Assembly (NCBI GenBank): GCA_007279715.1
Contig: QYPA01000124.1
Coordinates: forward strand, 1-14,872
Source: Comamonadaceae bacterium
GTDB lineage: Bacteria > Pseudomonadota > Gammaproteobacteria > Burkholderiales > Burkholderiaceae_C
DNA length: 14,872 bases
Direction: 5' to 3'
Made by a program: the position numbers and the translations under genes. Under the pieces are notes generated by a model. That model did no database searches, was not told where the DNA came from, and saw only the letters and a program-made list of their open reading frames with translations. This document shows, piece by piece, positions 1-5,623 of the stretch (the stretch's first letter is position 1; the number at the start of each line of letters is the position of its first letter).

Positions 1-7
1 TGTTTTT

Positions 8-52
8 TGGTGGCCCGGGGCGGAATCGAACCACCGACACAAGGATTTTCAA
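8..52 (-). other. 3' 45 nt of a tRNA-Phe(GAA) gene (anticodon loop through CCA) lacking the 5' half; att-type repeat marking an integrative-island border
   Basis: Minus strand reads TTGAAAATCCTTGTGTCGGTGGTTCGATTCCGCCCCGGGCCACCA. This gives the GAA anticodon-loop context, T-arm GGTGG-TTCGATT-CCGCC, acceptor 3' strand CCGGGCC, discriminator A and CCA. The sequence 5' of it (53-100) has no D-arm and no complementary acceptor 5' strand (GGCCCGG). Confidence 0.8.
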
Positions 53-198
53 CTCTGATTGACCGCTTCGATTTTGTTCTAAATCAAGCGGCTTAAACGC
101 TGAAAACTTTTCGTGTGCGCCAAACCGTATTTTAACACGCGCTGAGCGCGTGCGCCAACAGTCCCTATATGTTACTCGACTCGCGCTCATCTGAGACC

Positions 199-639
199 CT
201 AGCGCTTGAAACCAGAGCGCAGCTTGTTGGCAGCAATCTCAATTTGCGCATCCAATTCACCCGATAAAACTGAAGACTGAATCAGCTCAAGCGTAGCTAC
301 AAGTTCTTTGTCGCTGACCAACTCCACTGCAAATTTTCCTTTTGCAAGTTCCAGCAGCCGTGCACCGTAACGCACGCTCAAAGACAGCTTGCGATTTTCT
401 GCTGTGAACCACCACTGCTTGACCCGTTTGCTGGTTTCCACAAGCTTTCGTAGCCCTGTTTCTTTGTCTGTGATGCTGCGCATTTTGACGGCGGAGAACT
501 GTGCTCCTGTTTGTTGCGCTTTGGCTAAATCAATTTGCTCTTGCAAACGTTTGCTCATCTTTTCCCTGCGTAGCTGTACGGGCGAGAAGTTGGTGGGTTT
601 TACAGCTGCGGTGAGCTTGAGGGTTGCGAAATTGGACAT
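199..639 (-). CDS. hypothetical protein, 146 aa, basic/helical; no assignable function
   Basis: ORF 199-645. The second ATG (637-639) lies about 8 nt after an AAAGGAAA Shine-Dalgarno-like run, whereas the first ATG is too close to it. No catalytic motifs recognised. It is divergent from the 1048 gene across a repeat-rich 400-bp region. Confidence 0.7.
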   Translation of the reverse strand: MSNFATLKLTAAVKPTNFSPVQLRREKMSKRLQEQIDLAKAQQTGAQFSAVKMRSITDKETGLRKLVETSKRVKQWWFTAENRKLSLSVRYGARLLELAKGKFAVELVSDKELVATLELIQSSVLSGELDAQIEIAANKLRSGFKR

Positions 640-738
640 GTGCATTTCCTTTCATTTGTTGTGAATGCACAGTGGATTGTGTGATCAAACGCCATTAAGG
701 ACGACCTCTTTCGCGCTGTCTTGTCAGGTCCATGCGAG

Positions 739-757
739 GTGTCGTTTTGCACGACAG
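739..757. repeat. palindrome family copy C: GTGTCGT-TTTGC-ACGACAG
   Basis: 7-5-7 inverted repeat read directly, in the divergent intergenic region between the 199-639(-) and 1048-1542(+) genes. Confidence 0.8.
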
Positions 758-830
758 TTCAATTTCGCCAAATTACCTACAAAAGACCACGATTAATTAG
801 GCATTTCTTTGTCGAGGGATAAATATTTGC

Positions 831-858
831 GAGTTGCGATGAGTTGCTAAAGAGTCGC
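831..858 (+). repeat. three direct repeats GAGTTGC / GAGTTGC / GAGTCGC spaced 10-11 bp
   Basis: gagttgcgat gagttgctaa agagtcgctg read directly. They carry the same GTTGC core as the adjacent heptad array. Confidence 0.7.
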
Positions 859-870
859 TGAATCAAAAAC

Positions 871-898
871 GTTACACGTTACTAGTTACAAGTTGCTG
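871..898 (+). promoter_or_regulatory. array of four contiguous 7-bp units GTTRC-NN (gttacac gttacta gttacaa gttgctg); candidate protein-binding heptad array
   Basis: Exact 7-bp periodicity read directly. It is the reverse complement of the motif in the 928-969 array. Confidence 0.65.
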
Positions 899-927
899 TA
901 TTTGGGACAAATGAGAAGCCCTGATTG

Positions 928-969
928 GCAACACGTGACTAGTAACTGGCAACCAGAAACGTGCAACGT
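928..969 (+). promoter_or_regulatory. array of six contiguous 7-bp units GNRAC-NN (gcaacac gtgacta gtaactg gcaacca gaaacgt gcaacgt), inverted relative to 871-898
   Basis: Exact 7-bp periodicity. GYAAC is the complement of GTTRC. Further GCAAC copies lie at 992-996, 1008-1012, 1017-1021 and 1028-1032, running up to the RBS of the 1048 gene. Confidence 0.65.
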
Positions 970-1047
970 CTTTTGATCTCTGTGACTTGGTGCAACCCCT
1001 GCACCCAGCAACCAGCGCAACTCCCACAGCAACTAAAGGAGATTGAC

Positions 1048-1542
1048 ATGCTGACCACCCCTGATACCCACACCACAGATACCACCCATACCACCCCCGC
1101 ACTGGCAGTGCGATTGTTTGATAACCAAAAGTACGGAACCACCTACGGCAAAGGCGTCTATCGACGGGCTTTGTACAACGGCACCGTGGACATCATGCAC
1201 CCCCAAGCCAAGTACTTGATTGATCTGTTCTCCTACCAAGACTGGATGAACCAAGCCCGCACAGACCAGCAAATGGCCGCCATTGACAGCGTACAAGAAG
1301 ACAAAGATGCACTGTTTAGCTGGATACAACGCTATGACCCCAAAAGCAAGAGCAAAACACTGGTGTCAGGCGTGTGCGTGTTCAGTCTTGCCAACATGAG
1401 CCTGCAGATGGTGATTCAAGACGATGCCAGTGACCTATGCAACCACTGGCAACTGGATGTTCGCCACTGCCGCCAAGCCGCCACAAACCAAAGCTCCCCG
1501 CAGTTGTTGGCCACCAATACAGACTTGGAGGTATTCAAATGA
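1048..1542 (+). CDS. hypothetical protein, 164 aa, with Thr/His/Pro-rich N-terminus
   Basis: ORF 961-1542. An internal ATG at 1048 is preceded by AAGGAG (1036-1041) at good spacing. The upstream 29 codons overlap the repeat arrays and are probably not translated. Confidence 0.65.
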   Translation: MLTTPDTHTTDTTHTTPALAVRLFDNQKYGTTYGKGVYRRALYNGTVDIMHPQAKYLIDLFSYQDWMNQARTDQQMAAIDSVQEDKDALFSWIQRYDPKSKSKTLVSGVCVFSLANMSLQMVIQDDASDLCNHWQLDVRHCRQAATNQSSPQLLATNTDLEVFK

Positions 1543-1584
1543 ACCCTGCCAAATCTATCAACTCGATCACCAAGGAGCACAACC

Positions 1585-2046
1585 ATGCGCATTGCTGAAA
1601 TTGCAGATCCACAGTCTGCGCTGGGTTTGTGGAAACTCATCAGCGACAACACATGGGCAGCACTTGAACAGCAGGCACAGCAGCAAGCCCAAGAGCAGCA
1701 GCAAAAAAGTGCTGCCAAAGCCAAACACGCCAAGTCCGGGGGTGGCAAACGAACCCCTGCCCGCATACCGCGCGGGCCTAGGCCGCCCGCGACTCCTGGG
1801 CCCAAAGCGCAAAGTGCGCAAAGCACAGATCAAAGTACAGCGCTGAGCAATCCCAGCATGCCCCAGCCTTCAACTGTCACGCACTCTGTCACGCCCACTG
1901 CCCTGCGAAAGGGCCCGTTTGGGGCAACGGGCACGACATTGCCCTCAACAACAGCAGCACTACCCAAACCCACAGCAGCGCAACCCGCTGGAGAATTGGA
2001 CCAACCCGCGCTCAAAGCCATTGCTGGGGGGATGACGCGGGCGTGA
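1585..2046 (+). CDS. hypothetical protein, 153 aa: ~30-aa structured N-terminus followed by a Gln/Lys/Pro/Thr/Ala-rich low-complexity tail
   Basis: ATG at 1585 is preceded by AAGGAG (1573-1578). The composition suggests a largely disordered protein. No family recognised. Confidence 0.6.
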   Translation: MRIAEIADPQSALGLWKLISDNTWAALEQQAQQQAQEQQQKSAAKAKHAKSGGGKRTPARIPRGPRPPATPGPKAQSAQSTDQSTALSNPSMPQPSTVTHSVTPTALRKGPFGATGTTLPSTTAALPKPTAAQPAGELDQPALKAIAGGMTRA

Positions 2047-2337
2047 TTGCTTGGGTAAGTAGAGCTAGCAGCACAGCGCAGAGTGCGTAAAACCACGTTT
2101 GCTGCGCTGATCTAGCCCTGTCAGCTGCCCAACTAGCTGAAATAGCACAGGGCGCTGCTGCGCTTGGTTTGGAGTTTGGGCTAAATAGCTTGACCAAAGA
2201 AAAGCACACTTTTATTAACCGCGTTGATTTCATTGAGGTTTTTAGTCCTGCCATTTCGGCGGGACTTTGGTTGTCCTTTTTTGCAAAAGAAAACACACTT
2301 GTTGATGCGTTTTTTATTTATAAAAAGGAACAAACCC

Positions 2338-2904
2338 ATGTCTCAAGCCAAAACACTGACCCCAGCGGAAATTGATCACCTGCTGACCTACATCGCACAA
2401 CGCAGCTTTGCCATGCGCAATCGCCTGATGTTTTTGACAGGCCTATGGTCTGGCGTTCGCGTGGGAGAAATTGCCAGCCTTAGCGTGGGCGATGTGAGAA
2501 ACGCCGATGGCAGCGTCAAAGCAGAGATACGCTTGACTGCGCAGCAGACCAAGGGACGCCAACCCCGCACGGTGTATTTGCCCCAGAAACTGCGCGATGC
2601 GCTGCAGGAGTATGTTGATCTGCGCAGCACCTGCCCTGCATCCCACCCCTTGTTCATTACAGCGGGGCGCAAGGCATTCACCGCCAATGTGATGTCACAG
2701 CACTTCTTTTGGTTGTTCAAGCGAGCGGGGATTGCAGGTGCCAGTAGCCATTCGATGCGGAGGACTTTTTTAACCTCGTTGGCATCCAAGGGAATCAGTA
2801 TTCGGGTGCTGGCAAGTTTGGCAGGGCACCGTTCGATTCAGGTGACTATGAAATATCTGGATGCATCCGATGACATGAAGCGGCGGGCGGTGGAACTTGT
2901 TTGA
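2338..2904 (+). CDS. small tyrosine recombinase, catalytic domain only (188 aa; FimB/FimE-sized)
   Basis: ATG 2338 follows AAGGAA (2325-2330). The catalytic signature is complete: R in GVRVGE, K in QQTKGRQPRTVYLP, H-x-x-R in HSMRRT, H in LAGHRS and Y in TMKYL. Only ~35 residues precede box I, so there is no SAM-like core-binding N-domain. Confidence 0.85.
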   Translation: MSQAKTLTPAEIDHLLTYIAQRSFAMRNRLMFLTGLWSGVRVGEIASLSVGDVRNADGSVKAEIRLTAQQTKGRQPRTVYLPQKLRDALQEYVDLRSTCPASHPLFITAGRKAFTANVMSQHFFWLFKRAGIAGASSHSMRRTFLTSLASKGISIRVLASLAGHRSIQVTMKYLDASDDMKRRAVELV

Positions 2905-2923
2905 CTGGTCGCGTGGTCATACG

Positions 2924-2942
2924 GTGTCGTGTTGAACGACGC
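2924..2942. repeat. palindrome family copy D: GTGTCGT-GTTGA-ACGACGC
   Basis: Read directly. It starts 20 nt after the recombinase stop codon, between convergent genes. Confidence 0.75.
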
Positions 2943-2964
2943 TTTACGCCGCAGTCGAGTCCTG

Positions 2965-3489
2965 TTATCGCTTGGTAGCAGTGAGAGTGACTTTGGTTTT
3001 TGGGTCAAGGTCTTGATCAAAAACCCAAGTTTTTCCATCGAAAGACTTGGTCACATAGGCTGTGGTCTCACCTTTCATAAATCGATCAGTAAATGATTTT
3101 TCCATACTTGCGATGTCATCTTTATCAGTCACAACTTGGTCATTCACGAGATATTTTTTAATATCAATTTTTCCGTCGATGGTCTTATCAAAAACCGTCT
3201 GGTCCTTCACACTCCAGTCACCAGTAGCCCTGGCGGCGCCCTCTACCTCTATTTTTAGTCCGCCATCTTTTCCCGTCATTGATATTGCCATATCGCATTC
3301 GTGAGTGAGGGACTTGTTGGGGAAGAACTCGCTCACACACTTGAGCACCATTTGACCGTTTATATTTTCGTCAGTCACTGGCTGGGTGATCTCATATGCC
3401 CACTTGCCCACTACATCTTTTTCCAGCGTTTTCCCACATCCTGTCAATACCAAAGCGCCTGCCAATACGATCCAAACGGCTCTTTTCAT
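2965..3489 (-). CDS. putative lipoprotein, 174 aa
   Basis: N-terminus MKRAVWIVLAGALVLTGCGK gives a signal peptide plus lipobox L-T-G-C. GGAG lies 8-9 nt upstream of the ATG. The gene is visibly more AT-rich than both flanks. Confidence 0.8.
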   Translation of the reverse strand: MKRAVWIVLAGALVLTGCGKTLEKDVVGKWAYEITQPVTDENINGQMVLKCVSEFFPNKSLTHECDMAISMTGKDGGLKIEVEGAARATGDWSVKDQTVFDKTIDGKIDIKKYLVNDQVVTDKDDIASMEKSFTDRFMKGETTAYVTKSFDGKTWVFDQDLDPKTKVTLTATKR

Positions 3490-3588
3490 TTCAACTGCTC
3501 CAACGATAGATGATGTAAAAATTTAGCGCCGCAATGTATCAGTAAAGAATGGCAGAGAAGACTTCGCATTTCCGCGTGACACAACGCT

Positions 3589-4590
3589 TCATGCCAATAG
3601 GTCAGTCTCGCCTGCTACAAACTTTGACCAAATTTCAATGAACCTGGGCTCTGTCATTGCCAACCCTGAAGGCAACCTATTCTTCATCTTGATACGGGTC
3701 TCCAGTTCGTGCTGGTAGTTTTCCCTGAGCCAGGCGCGCCAAGGTGAATCCGCATGTGTTTCAGCGCTGGTGGCTTCCAGATACGCCTTGTGATTCCGCT
3801 TGCCAAAAGGATATTGGATGGGCTCGATCTTGGTGGCATTGGGAAACGAGCCTTGCTCTGCATGCAGCACCATGCGCTGCGCTTTGTAGAGAAACCGCCC
3901 AATGGTGCTTTGCATGCGTTCCACAGGGCTTGTCTGCCTGCTAAAGCGCCAGCGCTCCACATCACGCACATTGAGCCCTGGCGCTGCCTTTAGCCTGTCG
4001 CCAATGCGCCATACCGCGATGTTGGGATACAGCAGTCGATACAGCAAGATCCAGTAGCCCCGTTCCAGCGCGGCGGGTGTCATGCGCTTGGTGTGCAGAC
4101 GCCACCGCGCTTGGCTGCTTGCCAGCACATCCAGCGCCCTGCCTTCATGGTGCTGGCGCAGGATCTCGCGAAACTGGCTCACGATGGTTTGCTGGGTGAT
4201 GGTCAAGGGCACTTCAATCACCACGCTCTTGCCAGCGGGGTAGAACACAAACTCGCCCAAGTTCTGCTCATCCACCAAGCGCACTTTGGCTGGACGCTGG
4301 GCTTCTTCCAGCAGCAAGTAGCCCGTGGTTCGCCACCATTGGCGGAAGTTGTCTTGCGTCAAGTCGCCTGCTTGCGTGAAAGTTATGGCGGTTTGGGGAT
4401 CCACAGGCTCCAGCCCGCTGTGTCTGGCATACCAAAACACGGGGCTCAGGCGCAGATAGTTCCACCACCAGAAGTAAGCCGTGCGCGATGCAGCCTCCAG
4501 CACAGCCTCTTCAGAGGCTCTGGTAAAGCCAGGAATCCCCTTGTAAAAGCCTGTTTGCGGACGCTTCATGCTGGGCACTATAACAATCAT
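3589..4590 (-). CDS. hypothetical Trp/Arg-rich protein, 333 aa (start possibly at Met8, 4569)
   Basis: Long ORF with the motif AYFWWWNYLRLSPVFWYA near the N-terminus. It is divergent from the 4699 gene. No enzymatic motif recognised. The antisense shadow ORFs are rejected. Confidence 0.75.
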   Translation of the reverse strand: MIVIVPSMKRPQTGFYKGIPGFTRASEEAVLEAASRTAYFWWWNYLRLSPVFWYARHSGLEPVDPQTAITFTQAGDLTQDNFRQWWRTTGYLLLEEAQRPAKVRLVDEQNLGEFVFYPAGKSVVIEVPLTITQQTIVSQFREILRQHHEGRALDVLASSQARWRLHTKRMTPAALERGYWILLYRLLYPNIAVWRIGDRLKAAPGLNVRDVERWRFSRQTSPVERMQSTIGRFLYKAQRMVLHAEQGSFPNATKIEPIQYPFGKRNHKAYLEATSAETHADSPWRAWLRENYQHELETRIKMKNRLPSGLAMTEPRFIEIWSKFVAGETDLLA

Positions 4591-4698
4591 TACGACTTCG
4601 GCGCAAATGGTGTTATGTGGATTTCAATACTCTTTATCAGCAATGCAACAGACAAATCGTCCTAGCCCCTTGCTGGTGGCTCAACGAAAGGAAATACC

Positions 4699-5559
4699 AT
4701 GAGCAATATCGCCACTCCCGTCGCCGCCCTGCAATCCACAGAGGCATCCACCAACCCCGCCGCACAAGGTGTCGTTTCACACGACACCCCAAACGGCGAA
4801 ACCCTGGTCCAGGGTCACAAGGCAATGCACGCCAGCATCGAACAACTGGTGTTGGAGCGTGAAGTTTGGCAAGAAAACGCCTTTCGCACCAGCAACGAGC
4901 AGTTGTATGGCTTGCTGCAACGCTGCTACGGGCTCTACAAAGCCATGTGCGAGGACTCCGCAGAGGCAAAGGCGCTGCGCGAAGGGCTGCGCACCTACAT
5001 CGGTCTCAAAGGGCATGTGTTCTCCCCCAGCACCCACACCTTGACTCGCATCGTCAAGTGCGTGTTTGGCAGCGACCGCCGTCGCGTGAGCGCCTACAGC
5101 ATCGTGCTGCGCTCTGCGCTGGCACAAAGCGTGGGCGTGATGGATGTGGCGCGGTTCATCCGCGACGCAGGTGGTGTGGAAGAAGTGCGCCTTGCCAAGG
5201 CTCCCAACGCCATGAGCGCCAAGCAGAAGGCGCTGGTGACCAGCAGTGTGCTGGCATACAAGAACATGGGCGTGTTCAGCAGCGCAGCACTCAGCGGCTC
5301 GTTCAACGATGTTGCCAAGGCTGGCACACAGACGGTGCTGATTGGCGTTTGGCAGGCTGATGGCTCTGTGGTGGTGCAGGCAGTGGTGGAAAGTGCCACT
5401 GCGCTGAACGCGGCTCTTGCCAGCCACCACGGCGAGGTGCGTGATGCTGCCAAGAAGCAGGCAGCGCAGGCACAGGAGAGCAGCAGAGCAGACAGCAAGG
5501 ACGCTGCTATCCAAGCCGCCGCTGCCACAGCGGTGATCGCTGAAGCAGTTCCAGCCTAA
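4699..5559 (+). CDS. hypothetical protein, 286 aa (disordered ends, helical Ala-rich core)
   Basis: ATG 4699 is preceded by AAAGGAAA. The 4777-5514(-) ORF and other overlapping ORFs are GC-driven shadows. Palindrome copy A lies in codons 24-30. Confidence 0.75.
   Translation: MSNIATPVAALQSTEASTNPAAQGVVSHDTPNGETLVQGHKAMHASIEQLVLEREVWQENAFRTSNEQLYGLLQRCYGLYKAMCEDSAEAKALREGLRTYIGLKGHVFSPSTHTLTRIVKCVFGSDRRRVSAYSIVLRSALAQSVGVMDVARFIRDAGGVEEVRLAKAPNAMSAKQKALVTSSVLAYKNMGVFSSAALSGSFNDVAKAGTQTVLIGVWQADGSVVVQAVVESATALNAALASHHGEVRDAAKKQAAQAQESSRADSKDAAIQAAAATAVIAEAVPA
4769..4788. repeat. palindrome family copy A: GTGTCGT-TTCAC-ACGACAC(C), 20/20 identical to 6291-6310
   Basis: Read directly. It lies inside the CDS and encodes (G)VVSHDT. 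Confidence 0.85.
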
Positions 5560-5565
5560 AGCCGC

Positions 5566-5598
5566 ACGGGGCAGTGTGATCGCTGCCCCGTTGTTTGA
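5566..5598 (+). terminator. hairpin ACGGGGCAG-N8-CTGCCCCGT followed by TGTTTGAT; possible attenuator or weak terminator between the 286-aa gene and the ATPase gene
   Basis: 9-bp GC-rich stem read directly, starting 7 nt after the stop at 5559. The T-tract is only moderate. Confidence 0.45.
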
Positions 5599-5623
5599 TC
5601 AACTTGATTTGAAGGAGAACTAT

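Noticed and set aside
30-45. GTGTCGG inside the tRNA-Phe fragment as a relative of palindrome copy E (CCTAGTGTGTCGGG vs tRNA CCTTGTGTCGGTGG)
   Set aside because: The match is a 7-nt half-site only. The tRNA lacks the partner arm ACGACA, so this is probably coincidence, although a link between the att core and the palindrome cannot be excluded.
63-91. Imperfect hairpin CCGCTTCGATTT-TGTTCT-AAATCAAGCGG (and palindrome CACGCGCT-G-AGCGCGTG at 136-152) as terminators of the 199-639 gene
   Set aside because: Neither is followed by a U-tract on the minus strand. They may be structural or arm-type sites, but I cannot support a terminator call.
1-110. Complete tRNA gene at the left edge
   Set aside because: Only the 3' 45 nt fit a tRNA-Phe. 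The upstream 50 nt have no D-arm and no strand complementary to the acceptor 3' half, so this is a fragment or att repeat, not a functional tRNA.
961-1047. N-terminal extension of the 1048 gene (listed ORF starts at 961), and similarly 2224-2337 for the recombinase
   Set aside because: Internal ATGs have canonical RBSs. The extensions overlap repeat arrays or leader sequence and encode implausible Cys/Phe-rich peptides.
1540-1587. Stop-codon readthrough fusing the 1048 and 1585 ORFs (both in the same frame)
   Set aside because: The second ORF has its own strong RBS and ATG, and there is no readthrough context or conservation evidence. The shared frame is probably coincidental.
1416-2096. Overlapping ORFs 1416-1826(-), 1424-1846(+), 1567-1833(-), 1830-2096(-)
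   Set aside because: These are typical GC-driven shadow frames with Arg/Ala/Cys/Pro-rich low-complexity translations and no RBS. They overlap better-supported plus-strand genes.
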